DNA of 64,000 nucleotides. It comes from Flavobacteriales bacterium. Its GTDB lineage: Bacteria; Bacteroidota; Bacteroidia; Flavobacteriales_F; PHOS-HE28. Positions 9,263-19,197 of the stretch are shown here, piece by piece. The translations under genes and the position numbers were made by a program. The notes beneath the pieces were generated by a model. It searched no databases. It saw only the letters and a list, made by a program, of their open reading frames with translations, and was not told the DNA's origin. Position 1 is the first letter of the stretch; each line of letters begins with the position of its first letter. Location of the stretch: positions 77,012 to 141,011 of the forward strand of contig JBGAJW010000001.1 of NCBI GenBank assembly GCA_044224725.1, in the 5' to 3' direction.

Positions 9263-9415
9263 GGAGGCGCGACAAAATAACCTCGCTTGGGCGCGATTCG
9301 TCACCGCGATGGGTACAGCGCACGCTTGCGCCACGCGGATCAAGCCGATCCCAGTGATGGCGAGCATGCGCTCCATGTTCTCCGCATGTTCTGCGGAGAA
9401 CAGGGCGTGAGCTCC

Positions 9416-10054
9416 TCAGATCAAGCCCTCCCTTACCGCCAGGTTCACCGCGCTGGCCACGCCCTTCACCTGCAGCTTCTCGTAGATGTGGCTCACGTGC
9501 GTGTTCACCGTGGCGTAGCTGATGTTGCATCGCGCCGCGATGATCTTGTAGCTGTAACCCTCGGCCAGCAGCTTCAGGATCTCCAGTTCGCGCTCGCTGA
9601 GCTGGAAGTCGATGGCCTTGCTGTTGGAACCACGCTGCGCGAAGAGCTTCAGCACTTTCGCGGCGATCACCGGCGTCATGGGCGCACCGCCTTGGGTCAC
9701 CTCCACGATGCCCTCGATGAGCTTACCGGGTTGCGTCTGCTTCAGCAGGTAACCGTCCGCGCCGGCGAGGATGGACGAGAAGATGCGCGCGTTGTCCTCC
9801 AGCACGGTCTGCATCAGGATCTTCACGTCCTTGAACTGCTTGCGGATGAGGGTGACGCCCTCGATGCCGTCCACATGCGGCATGTCGATGTCCATGAGCA
9901 CCACATCGGGCGTGGTCTCCATCACGCGACGCACCACCTCGCGGCAATCGGGCCAGGCGCCCACGCAGGTCATGTTGTCCGTGCTGTCGATGAGCAGCTG
10001 CAGCCCTTCGCGGCGCTTGGCGTTGTCATCGAATACGGCTACGCGGATGCTCAT
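9416..10054 (-). CDS. Two-component response regulator, NarL/LuxR family (REC plus LuxR-type HTH).
   Basis: REC domain with D-box (VLMDIDMP) and a C-terminal LuxR HTH (LSERELEILKLLAEGYSYKIIAARCNISYATVNTHVSHIYEKL). Confidence 0.9.
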   Translation of the reverse strand: MSIRVAVFDDNAKRREGLQLLIDSTDNMTCVGAWPDCREVVRRVMETTPDVVLMDIDMPHVDGIEGVTLIRKQFKDVKILMQTVLEDNARIFSSILAGADGYLLKQTQPGKLIEGIVEVTQGGAPMTPVIAAKVLKLFAQRGSNSKAIDFQLSERELEILKLLAEGYSYKIIAARCNISYATVNTHVSHIYEKLQVKGVASAVNLAVREGLI

Positions 10055-10078
10055 CGCTGTTGTCCCTCGCGGGCAAAA

Positions 10079-13000
10079 CTATTCCGTCGCCGTGGGCGCG
10101 TCCGTCATTGCGTCCAATGATTTTGCGCGGCCATCGGGCACGAAACGTAGTTCGATGCGGGTTCCTTTGCCGACTTCGGACGTGATGGTGAGCGTAGCAC
10201 CGAGCTCCGCCGCGCGCTTGCGCATGTTGGGCAGGCCGTTGCCGCCACCGCTGGTGCTGTGCACGTGTGCGGTATCGAAGCCTTTACCGTTGTCGGCGAT
10301 GCTCAGGACGATCTGCGACCGGTCGCGCACCAGCGTCACGCGCAGCTCCTTGCAGCCGCTGTACTTCACCGCATTGTTCACCGCTTCCTTGAAAACGAGG
10401 TAGAGGTTCTTGCGCGCGGACATGTCCAGCGGCAGCGAGCGCAAGGCCGAATCGTGATCGAAGTGCAGCGCGCATCCACGCGTTTCGGTCATGCGCACGG
10501 CGTGGTCGACCATGCGCTTCACCAGGTGCTCCATGTCGTCGTTGTCGGCGTTCACGGCCCATACGATGTCGTTGATGGACTCCAGCACTTGCGTGGTACT
10601 CTCGCTGATACGACCTAGCAGTTCGTTCGCCTCGGGTGCCTTCTGCGCCACCTTCTTCTGCGCCACGGAGCTGTAGAGCGACACGCTGCTGAGCGTTGAA
10701 CCGATCTCGTCGTGCAGGTCGCGTGCGATGCGTTCACGCACGGCCACCACCTTCATGGCCTGCGCCAGCCGGTAGCGGTAGAACGCATAAAGACCACCGC
10801 CGATCAGTAGGAGCACCGCTATGCGGAACCACCAGGTGCCCCACCACGGCGGCTCGATGATCAGCTGGAGCGTGGCCCCTTGCTCGTCCCACACCTCGGC
10901 GCTGTTGCGGCCTTGCACGCGGAAGGTGTAGGTGCCCGCATCCAGGTTGGTGAAGGTGGCCTGGTGCGCAGTGCCCGCGTCAACCCAATCGGTGTGGAAG
11001 CCTTGGAGCTTGTAGCGGAAACGGTTCTTCTGCGGCACGGAGTGGTCCATGCACGCGAAGGAGATCGTGAGGGAGCGCTCGGAGTAGGGCAGTGAGATGC
11101 GCTGCAGGTGGTCCGGTGGTGCTGGGATGACGAAGGCCTTGTCCTCGCCGGCCGGTGCGCCATTCCACTTCACCGGCCTGTTGGCCAGGCCCAGCCCGGT
11201 GATCACGGTCGGGGAAGGAGCGGCCTCGCCGTACATCTCATCGGGATCGAAGTACGTGATGCCGTTCGTGCCGGCGAAGAAGAAGCGCCCGTCGTGGCCG
11301 ATGGCCGCGCTGTAGCGGTTGAACTCGGTGCTGGCGAGCCCATCGTTGCGTGAATACGTGCGTATCGTTCCGCTGCGGGGGTCGAAGCGGCAAAGCCCCT
11401 GATTGGTGCTGACCCACAGGTCGTGGTGCGCATCAGCGAGCATCGCGTAGATGGTGTTGTTCGGCAGTCCGTTCGCGATCGTCAAGGTGCGGCACTCGCC
11501 GCTGCGCATGTCCATCCGCGCCATGCCGCTCTCTTCGGTGCCCACCCAGATGGCCCCGCTCGGGTCGTCGGGATCGAAGCACAACGAGAAGATGCGATCA
11601 CTGGGCAACGAACGGGGATCAGCGGGATCGTGCGTGTGAACGATCCATTTCCCGGATCCCGGTCGCAGTTCGAGCAAGCCCTTGCGCGTGCCGAGCCACA
11701 CGGTGCCATCGCGCGCCAACAGCAACGCCGCCACCATGCGGTAGTCCGATACCGGCAGCGGGAACGGAAGCAGGTGCCGGCCGGTGATCCGTCGTGTGAT
11801 GGGGTCGAAGCGGAGCAGGCGATCGCAGTCGGTGCCTGCGCTTCCGTTCGCCAGGATCCACAGCTCCTCGTCATCGCAATTGATGAGCAGCAGCGGTTCT
11901 TCTTCCGGACCCAGCGGCATGATGTGGAGCCCATCCGACTCATCCGGCCCATGGTACATGAGGTGGTTCGCATCACCCCGCACAGTGACGCAGGCCCACC
12001 AGACACCCGATGCATCACGCGCTACCCCGAACCAACTGGCCATGTGCCCCGCTGCGTTCAGCGCCCTGCCGAAACCGGTCTCCTTTGCAACGCCATCGGG
12101 CGGGTTGATCCAGAGCATCTGCTCGGCCGCCAGGATATACCGGCCCTCGCGATCGGCTTTCAACAACAGGGCGCTCGAACCTTGGAGCATCTGGTGGAAC
12201 CGCCCGGTGAGCGTGCGATGCAATAGCGCGCCGTAGCCGATGGTACCCGCCCAGAGGTTCCCGCTGCGGTCCCTGGCGAAGTTGATGGCGATCGGTCCCC
12301 TCGGTAGACTTTCACCGCTCAGCGTTGCGAAGCGGATGCTTTCCATGGTGCCGTCAGCGAGCGACACACGCGTGGTGCCGGTCGATCCACCATAACCCAA
12401 CCACAGGTGTTCACCATCGAGCAAGTAGAAGCCGGGGTCGCTCTCGGTCAATCCGGTGTTGATGGTGTCCACCGCGCCGCGTGAAGCGGCATCGAAGGCG
12501 ATGATGCTGCCCTGCCGCACCAGCAACATGCGCGCCCGCAGTGTATCGGCGATCAGGCCTGCAGCGTTCGACGTGATGGGGGGGAGCACGATGCTTTTCA
12601 CCGTGGTCCGTGACAGGTCGCCTTTCATGGTCCAGATCACCAGCTCATCCGCGGCAAGGGCCCAGAGCTCATCGTTCGGAGCGAACGCCAGGGCCACGAT
12701 CCCCTCCGCCAGTTGGCCTGCCGGACCACCGTCTGCATGCACCCCGAATACGATCCCCTGTGCACCGAGCACCAGCATGTTCCCCTTGCGATCCTCGGCG
12801 AACTGCCGGATGGAGCTGTTCAGCCCCGGCGTGAGCGGATCCGGTCTGAGCACATGGGTGAAGGCTCCGGTTCGCGGATCATACCGGTCCACGGCTCCGC
12901 CCTCCGAACCGATCCACAGGTCGCCGGAGCGGCTTTCGTAAAGGCTGCTGATGTGGTTGGCGCAGATGCTTGTGCTGTCACGAACGTCGTGCCGGAAGAC

Positions 13001-13231
13001 CGCGTAGCCATAACCATCACTGCGCGCCAGGCCGTCCTTGGTGGCGAACCAGAGGTAGCCCGTGCGGTCCTGGAGTATGGCGCGCACCATGCCCTGCGGC
13101 AGGCCATCGTCCACGGTGATCCATTCCACCGGAAGCGACGTGGTACGCACAGCCACCTGCGCCGTGGATGGCACGGCGGAAAGGCCCGTGCTGATGGCCA
13201 GGATCCCGTTCAGCAGAGGGAGCGCACGCAT
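10079..13231 (-). CDS. Sensor histidine kinase with two-component-regulator beta-propeller domains, a Y_Y_Y domain, a TM helix, HisKA_3 and HATPase_c (Bacteroidota type).
   Basis: Long periplasmic propeller repeats, a TM segment (WWFRIAVLLLIGGGLYAFY), an H-box (DLHDEIGSTLS) and ATPase motifs. It sits directly upstream of the LuxR regulator. Start approximate. Confidence 0.85.
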   Translation of the reverse strand: MRALPLLNGILAISTGLSAVPSTAQVAVRTTSLPVEWITVDDGLPQGMVRAILQDRTGYLWFATKDGLARSDGYGYAVFRHDVRDSTSICANHISSLYESRSGDLWIGSEGGAVDRYDPRTGAFTHVLRPDPLTPGLNSSIRQFAEDRKGNMLVLGAQGIVFGVHADGGPAGQLAEGIVALAFAPNDELWALAADELVIWTMKGDLSRTTVKSIVLPPITSNAAGLIADTLRARMLLVRQGSIIAFDAASRGAVDTINTGLTESDPGFYLLDGEHLWLGYGGSTGTTRVSLADGTMESIRFATLSGESLPRGPIAINFARDRSGNLWAGTIGYGALLHRTLTGRFHQMLQGSSALLLKADREGRYILAAEQMLWINPPDGVAKETGFGRALNAAGHMASWFGVARDASGVWWACVTVRGDANHLMYHGPDESDGLHIMPLGPEEEPLLLINCDDEELWILANGSAGTDCDRLLRFDPITRRITGRHLLPFPLPVSDYRMVAALLLARDGTVWLGTRKGLLELRPGSGKWIVHTHDPADPRSLPSDRIFSLCFDPDDPSGAIWVGTEESGMARMDMRSGECRTLTIANGLPNNTIYAMLADAHHDLWVSTNQGLCRFDPRSGTIRTYSRNDGLASTEFNRYSAAIGHDGRFFFAGTNGITYFDPDEMYGEAAPSPTVITGLGLANRPVKWNGAPAGEDKAFVIPAPPDHLQRISLPYSERSLTISFACMDHSVPQKNRFRYKLQGFHTDWVDAGTAHQATFTNLDAGTYTFRVQGRNSAEVWDEQGATLQLIIEPPWWGTWWFRIAVLLLIGGGLYAFYRYRLAQAMKVVAVRERIARDLHDEIGSTLSSVSLYSSVAQKKVAQKAPEANELLGRISESTTQVLESINDIVWAVNADNDDMEHLVKRMVDHAVRMTETRGCALHFDHDSALRSLPLDMSARKNLYLVFKEAVNNAVKYSGCKELRVTLVRDRSQIVLSIADNGKGFDTAHVHSTSGGGNGLPNMRKRAAELGATLTITSEVGKGTRIELRFVPDGRAKSLDAMTDAPTATE

Positions 13232-13373
13232 CGCTTCTGCGGGAAACTTAGGCATTCGTGTACCGGCGGGAATCATTGGACCCAATGATGCCTGCCGAGG
13301 CCCGGCTCATTGGACACAAGGATTGATGGCCCCTGGCGAACGAAGTTGGTTTGCTCCGCTAGATCCAACGACC

Positions 13374-16300
13374 ATGCGCAGCGCATTCATCCTCCCTTTG
13401 TTCACGTCCATCGCACTGGGCACGCAAGCCCAACAGCTCGTGCAACCGCATGCGCACGATCATGTACAGCAACAGGAACGGACCGGTCCGGGCGGGCCGA
13501 TCGCCAGCTGGGCCGAGGTGCCCGAGTGGGTGCGGCTGATGTACAGCGAGCATCTCGAGGTGCTTCGGGTGATCGGCGCCTACGAGGCCTACTACCGCAC
13601 GCACCCTTTCGTGAAGAACAGCGACACGCAGCACTACAAGCGGTGGTTGCACGAACTCAGCCAGAGCGTGGAACCTATGGATCCTGCGGGGCGTGATGCG
13701 TACCGCCAAGGACTGCGGGACTATGTGGATGCGTCGGCGGCCTTGCTCGCGGAACGCTCGGCGAACTGGACCTGCATCGGGCCGTTCGATTACGACCATA
13801 ACGCGGCGGCCAAGAGCTACGCGGCCGGTGCGGCCCATGTGTACACGGTGGAGAAGAGCCCCGTGAACCCGAACCTGATCTGGGCCGGAACAGCGACCGC
13901 CGGCGTGTGGAAGAGCACGGACAACGGACTGACCTGGACCAACGCATCGAAGGAAGTGATGGGCAAATTCTGCCAAGCGTTGGAGCCGGATCCCTTCCAT
14001 GCGAACACGCTCTTTGCCGGCTTGGGGTCCGACCTGATGAAGACCACGGACGGCGGGAGCACCTGGACCGAAGTGGGTGGCGGTCTGTTCACCCCGGGCA
14101 TACGGAGGATCTTCGACATCGTCGTGCACCCCACGAACAGCCTGCGCGTGATGGCGGCCTGTACCGATGGCCTCTGGTGCAGTAGCGATGGGGGCGCCAA
14201 CTTCACCCAGTTGCAGACCGGCTATTGGCAAGAGATCGAATTGAAACCCGGCTCACCGGAAACCGTGTATGCCGTGAAGATGAACTTATACGGCACTGGG
14301 GGACCGACCTGGAACCGGATCGAGTTCTGGCGCGGCACCTCCTTCGGCGGTGGCACATGGACGAGCATGGGCGGGGGCTGGCCCAGTCCGCCAGCGATCG
14401 ATTCGCTGAAGACCATGTTGCGCGCGGAGATCGCTGTTTCGCCTGCCGCGCCCAATACGGTCACCGCGCTGGTCACCGGTTCGGCGAACGGCGGCAACGG
14501 GCTCTATGGTATCTACCGGAGCACGGATTCCGGAACCACGTGGGCCTTCCAATGCTGCGGAGCGGGTCCCGGTGGCGTGGCCTCACTGACCAACCCCAAC
14601 CCCATGGGGTACGAAAAGGACGGCACCGGCGATGGCGCACAGCACGATTACAACGTGGCCTTGAGCGTGGATCCCGCGAACGTGAACAAGGTGCACCTGG
14701 GCGGCATCATGCATTGGGTAAGCACCGATGGCGGGGCCTCATTCACCTGTCCTGCCAGTTGGAAAGAAAGTGGATCGCCGAGCTACATCCATTCGGACGT
14801 GCACGAGATCCAGCAATACGGGAACGACGTGTGGGTGGCCTGCGACGGCGGGATCTACTACAGCACGGATGGAGGCGCTACGTTCAACAAGCGGATGAAC
14901 GGCATCGCAGGCACCGACTTCTGGGGATTCGGCGCAGGCGGTTGGAGCGGAGCGCAGGTGATGGGCGGAGGTGCGTACCATAACGGCACCTTGCTGAAGG
15001 ACAACAACGTGTACACCACCGGTTGGGTGAGCACCGACGGCGGCGATGGATCACGCGGCATGGTGCATCCGCAAGATGATCGGCGCGTGTTGACGGACTA
15101 CGGGTACAAGGTGCTGAGCGGCGACCGCACCGTGAACAACGTGAACGCACCCTGGTCGGTGCTACCGAACACGGCTGCCCCTGCCGGTCGCACCAGCGAG
15201 GTGGCCTGGCACCCGAACCTGGCCTACACCGGCTATTTCGGCCATGGCGACAGTTTGATGCGGACCGACGACAACGGTGTCACCTTCAAAGTGGTCAAGA
15301 TCTTCGGCGGAGTGAAGCGGGTCACCAACGTGCAGGTGGCGTACAGCGCACCCGAACACATTTATGCGTGTACCGAATCGGTGGGGGTGCCGGGTGCTCC
15401 AGCGTCCGAGATCTGGCACAGCGCGGATGGCGGTGATACGTGGGCCCTGATCACCCCGGGGGCCGCGGTGCTCGCGCCCGATACCAACGATCAGGTACCG
15501 TGGGACATCGCGATCAGCGAAACGGCACCGCTCACGATCTGGGCGGCACGTGTTCCCTTCGGCGACGCCATCGCCTTGAACGGGAAGCTGGTGTTCAAGA
15601 GCACCAATGGGGGCAGCACCTGGTCGAACCTCTCCACGTTGCTGTTGAACACCGAGACACCGACGAACATCGTGCGTGCACGCGGCACGGTGGACGGCGT
15701 GTACCTGGGCACGCGCCGCGCCGTGTACTACCACAGCACGGCCACCTTCGGTTGGATCCTGAGCAACGCCGGCCTCCCGTTCAACACCTTCTCCACGTCC
15801 CTGAAGATCAACTACCGCCTGGGCAAGATCCGCAACGCCACCGACCATAGCGTGTGGGAAAGCGACCTGGAAGAAACGTTCACCCCGATCGCCAACTTCA
15901 GCGCCAGTACCGTTGAGCCCGCCTGCGGCGAACCCGTGCAGCTCTTTGACAACAGCGTGCTCTCGGAGAACGGCGCCTTCTGGGAATGGCATTTCCCCGG
16001 TGGCATTCCCGAATGGAGCTACGTGCGCAACCCGGTGGTCACCTTCGCCGGTTACGACCCCTACGATGTCACGCTCACGGTGACCGATGCGCACGGCACG
16101 AGCACGAAGACCATCACCGACTTCATCAAGCCGAAGACCACCAGCATGGCACCTCCGTTCTTGGAGCGTGGCGAAGGCCAGTTGGATGCGCCCTGGGGAT
16201 GGCGGTTGGAGAACCCGGACCAGTCCACCACCTGGGACAATGTCGGGCCGCTCCGGGATCCGATCTACCCGGCGGGGCATGCCTACAAGATCAACAACTA

Positions 16301-17417
16301 CCTCTACAATGCGCCAGGACAGGAGGATCGACTGATCACGCCCACCATCAACCTGGCGGGCAATTCAGGCACGCACCTGAAATTCTACCACGCCTACGCT
16401 CCCTATGGACAAGGCCTGGACGATGGGCTGCGCGTGGAGATCACCGGCACATGTGGGAACATTTGGAGCACGATCTACGAGGAGTCGGGCGCTGCCTTGG
16501 GCACCGTACCCACGACCACGGAGAGCTGGACGCCCACGGCCATCACCGATTGGGAATCGCATGACATCGACATCAGCGCTTACGACGGTGGGCGCATCGC
16601 GATCCGGTTCATCGGCGTTAACGGCTGGGGCAATAACCTCTACCTCGACAACATCCAGATCGAAAGCAGCGGTGTTCGCCTGGATGTGGCCGTAGCCCTG
16701 GAAGGCGCGATGATCCCCGCCCTCGGCCTCATGCGCGACGACCTGCGCGTTGCGGGCCTGCTGCCCAGCTTGGAGCCGTACACGGGTCTTGGCTTTTCCT
16801 CCTACCCCTTCGGTGGTGAAACGGTCTTCCCCACCGTGTTGCAGCGGTCCGACGATCAAGCGCCGGTGGACTGGGTATTGGTGGAACTGCGCAGCGCAGT
16901 AGACCCGAGCGTGATAGTGGATTCGCATGCGGGCCTGGTCACCCGCGACCTGCATGTGGTGGGTAATGATGGGACCTCACCGCTCTCCTTCCGCGCCGCT
17001 CCTGGCAACTACTACGTGAGCGTGCGGCACCGCAACCACTTGGGGTGCATGACCGCATCGCCCATCGCCTTGGGTACGGCAAGCGTGAACGCGGTGTCCT
17101 TCGTGGATCCAAGCACACCCACTTATGGCACCAACGCACGCAAGGACGTGAACGGCGGCGCCACCAAAGCGCTCTGGATGGGCAATGTGGTGAACAACGG
17201 CAACCTCAAGTACACGGGATCGGGGAATGATCGCGATCCCATCCTGCTCCGTGTGGGAAGTACGTTGCCCACGAACGTGGTATCCGGCTATCATGTGGAG
17301 GATTGCAACATGGACGGTAACGTGAAGTACACCGGCAGCGGCAACGACCGCGATCCCATCCTGATCAATATCGGTAGCACCACGCCGAACAACGTGCGGA
17401 CGCAGCAACTGCCGTGA
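13374..17417 (+). CDS. Giant secreted BNR/Asp-box repeat protein with a PKD domain. It has a C-terminal roughly 250-aa shared module that ends in tandem dockerin-like repeats and a terminal QLP.
   Basis: Signal peptide (MRSAFILPLFTSIALGTQAQ). Multiple S-x-D-x-G-x-T-W Asp-box motifs. PKD-like segment (VTLTVTDAHGTS). C-terminus ...KYTGSGNDRDPILLRVGS...DCNMDGNVKYTGSGNDRDPILINIGSTTPNNVRTQQLP. Confidence 0.8.
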   Translation: MRSAFILPLFTSIALGTQAQQLVQPHAHDHVQQQERTGPGGPIASWAEVPEWVRLMYSEHLEVLRVIGAYEAYYRTHPFVKNSDTQHYKRWLHELSQSVEPMDPAGRDAYRQGLRDYVDASAALLAERSANWTCIGPFDYDHNAAAKSYAAGAAHVYTVEKSPVNPNLIWAGTATAGVWKSTDNGLTWTNASKEVMGKFCQALEPDPFHANTLFAGLGSDLMKTTDGGSTWTEVGGGLFTPGIRRIFDIVVHPTNSLRVMAACTDGLWCSSDGGANFTQLQTGYWQEIELKPGSPETVYAVKMNLYGTGGPTWNRIEFWRGTSFGGGTWTSMGGGWPSPPAIDSLKTMLRAEIAVSPAAPNTVTALVTGSANGGNGLYGIYRSTDSGTTWAFQCCGAGPGGVASLTNPNPMGYEKDGTGDGAQHDYNVALSVDPANVNKVHLGGIMHWVSTDGGASFTCPASWKESGSPSYIHSDVHEIQQYGNDVWVACDGGIYYSTDGGATFNKRMNGIAGTDFWGFGAGGWSGAQVMGGGAYHNGTLLKDNNVYTTGWVSTDGGDGSRGMVHPQDDRRVLTDYGYKVLSGDRTVNNVNAPWSVLPNTAAPAGRTSEVAWHPNLAYTGYFGHGDSLMRTDDNGVTFKVVKIFGGVKRVTNVQVAYSAPEHIYACTESVGVPGAPASEIWHSADGGDTWALITPGAAVLAPDTNDQVPWDIAISETAPLTIWAARVPFGDAIALNGKLVFKSTNGGSTWSNLSTLLLNTETPTNIVRARGTVDGVYLGTRRAVYYHSTATFGWILSNAGLPFNTFSTSLKINYRLGKIRNATDHSVWESDLEETFTPIANFSASTVEPACGEPVQLFDNSVLSENGAFWEWHFPGGIPEWSYVRNPVVTFAGYDPYDVTLTVTDAHGTSTKTITDFIKPKTTSMAPPFLERGEGQLDAPWGWRLENPDQSTTWDNVGPLRDPIYPAGHAYKINNYLYNAPGQEDRLITPTINLAGNSGTHLKFYHAYAPYGQGLDDGLRVEITGTCGNIWSTIYEESGAALGTVPTTTESWTPTAITDWESHDIDISAYDGGRIAIRFIGVNGWGNNLYLDNIQIESSGVRLDVAVALEGAMIPALGLMRDDLRVAGLLPSLEPYTGLGFSSYPFGGETVFPTVLQRSDDQAPVDWVLVELRSAVDPSVIVDSHAGLVTRDLHVVGNDGTSPLSFRAAPGNYYVSVRHRNHLGCMTASPIALGTASVNAVSFVDPSTPTYGTNARKDVNGGATKALWMGNVVNNGNLKYTGSGNDRDPILLRVGSTLPTNVVSGYHVEDCNMDGNVKYTGSGNDRDPILINIGSTTPNNVRTQQLP

Positions 17418-17484
17418 ACAGAACGACCGCCCCGGCTTAACGGGTAAGGGCCGGTGCGGTGCATGCGCGGTCCCGCCCCGGATG

Positions 17485-17504
17485 CCCCGGATGAATCTCC
17501 GGGG
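17485..17504 (+). terminator. Candidate intrinsic terminator hairpin (CCCCGGA-tgaatc-TCCGGGG) downstream of the giant gene.
   Basis: Perfect 7-bp GC-rich stem about 70 nt after the stop. No U-tract, which is common in Bacteroidota. Confidence 0.35.
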
Positions 17505-17997
17505 TCCGGGGGTCGGGGCCGTTCGTGTGTTCGGCCGCGCTCACACCCGCGATCGAGTGTTCTGCGCCTGCTTCCAGCTAAAGGCTCAGGCCGCTACTGC
17601 GAGTTGTACCGAGGCCGCTTGGAAATACCATAGAGTTGGGACTGGATGGGTTCATTGGCACGCGCGAAAAACGCTAGTGTGGGATCGCAGCCTACTGCCC
17701 AGGACCGCATGCGCGGCTGCCCCTGTAGTGGCATGCTGGTGGCGGTTGTGCAGCCAGGCCCGCTTCATGTATCGGCGCCGACGCACTTCAAGAGTTCAAG
17801 GACTCTCGGGATAGCCCTTACGGCCTATCCTACAGGCAGGTTGGGCTACTTGTGTTCACGAGAGTCCCGTATGGCGTGCCTCCCAGATGGCCTACGCCTG
17901 CGCCCTCGAGGGTATTCCAGCCTGCCCATGGTGTCCGATCCATCCCAAGCAGCGCGACCGCGCCCTCCGTTGTCTACCTTGGTAGAAGCCTACCACC

Positions 17998-18912
17998 ATG
18001 CGCACCGTCACCCTCCCCATACTCCTGCTGTGCGGCGCAGCCGCATCCGCACAGACCTACGTGCCCTTCCCCACCGATACCGCGGTTTGGAACGGGCTCT
18101 ACCACTGGAACGGATCGCCTGACCCGGGTCAACAATACAGCATCCCCTACCAGTATGCGCTGGGCGGCGATACCGCATTCAACGGTACCAGCTACACCAA
18201 AGTGCAGTACAGCGAGGATGGTTCCACCTGGGCCTACTATGGTGCCTTGCGCGAGGATGCTTCGCGCAACATCTGGATCTTCCCGCCGGAATGGGCCATC
18301 GAGGTGGGTGAGGTAGCCCCACAAATACCCAACGACCAGGCGGAGACACTGCTCTACACCTTCGACAACCTCAGCGTGGGTATGCCGCTGAATCTGGGTG
18401 CGCAGACCAGCACGATCACCGTGACCGCTATCGACAGCGTGCTGGTGCAGGACAGCTACCGCAAACGCTACACGATCCAGAACTCCAATTTGCTGCAGCC
18501 GGATCATTGGATCGAGGGGATCGGCAGCACGGTGGACCTGCTCTCCCCCTTCCTCTTCGAATTCGAATGGGCCTTTACCACGCGCTGCTTCCAGGCCCCG
18601 GGCGTGTCTTGGGAAAATCCGGATGACGGGATGCTGGTGGAGTGTGATATCGTGATGTCCGCGCCGGAAGTCGAACCCGTGCTGTCCCTCATGGCCGCGC
18701 CCAATCCCGGAAGCGATTTATTGTACCTGAAGGGCCTCCCACCAGCAGCGCGAACCCTCGAACTGCTGGATGCCATGGGGCGCCTGGCGCTGCGCGTTCC
18801 TGCGCACCACACCGGGATGGATGTGAGCGGCGTACCTGCGGGTATGTACAGCATCCGCGTGCTCGGTCCACAGGGCCCGGAAGGGATGGTGGGCAAGTGG
18901 GTGAAGGAATAA
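17998..18912 (+). CDS. Hypothetical secreted protein with a type-A T9SS C-terminal sorting domain.
   Basis: Signal peptide (LLLCGAAASAQ). C-terminal APNPGSDLLYLKGL...GMYSIRVLG T9SS CTD. Confidence 0.7.
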   Translation: MRTVTLPILLLCGAAASAQTYVPFPTDTAVWNGLYHWNGSPDPGQQYSIPYQYALGGDTAFNGTSYTKVQYSEDGSTWAYYGALREDASRNIWIFPPEWAIEVGEVAPQIPNDQAETLLYTFDNLSVGMPLNLGAQTSTITVTAIDSVLVQDSYRKRYTIQNSNLLQPDHWIEGIGSTVDLLSPFLFEFEWAFTTRCFQAPGVSWENPDDGMLVECDIVMSAPEVEPVLSLMAAPNPGSDLLYLKGLPPAARTLELLDAMGRLALRVPAHHTGMDVSGVPAGMYSIRVLGPQGPEGMVGKWVKE

Positions 18913-18979
18913 GCGCGAGCGCTCATCTGGCGCGGGTCTTCGCTTTTGTCGGTTCGGGCGCCTGCCTGCCGGTGGAAGG

Positions 18980-19197
18980 TCAGGCGTGTGCAAGCCTGCA
19001 CTCTTCGAGTGCTGCGGGATCCCGGTAGCGCTCCACCACGATGCGCTCGCTCCCGTCGGCGTTGAAGTGGAAATCGTACGCAAGGTGCCGGTGTCCTTCT
19101 CCCGCGCAACGCGCATGTATTCTGCCGCGAGGCGTTCGAATTCGACCGATCTGCCCGGATGGATCTTCTGTCGGGCGATGCCTTGGATGCCGCTCAT
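18980..19197 (-). pseudogene. ABM (antibiotic biosynthesis monooxygenase)-like small protein with an apparent -1 frameshift. Its start overlaps the stop of the upstream VOC gene (ATGA).
   Basis: Frame 1 reads IARQKIHPGRSVEFERLAAEYMRVAREKDTGTL. The continuation YDFHFNADGSERIVVERYRDPAALEE is in the -1 frame. The combined sequence matches the ABM ferredoxin-like fold pattern. Confidence 0.35.

Noticed and set aside
17418-17997. Possible RNase P RNA, tmRNA or SRP RNA in the long spacer. Fragments such as ACAGAAC...GGCTTA, GGTAAGGG...GGTGCGGT and GATGAAT recall RNase P RNA.
   Set aside because: The fragments are in the wrong order for RNase P RNA. The P4 core GGAAAGUCCGGGC is absent on both strands. 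There is no tmRNA tag ORF or tRNA-like 3' end, and no SRP domain IV motif.
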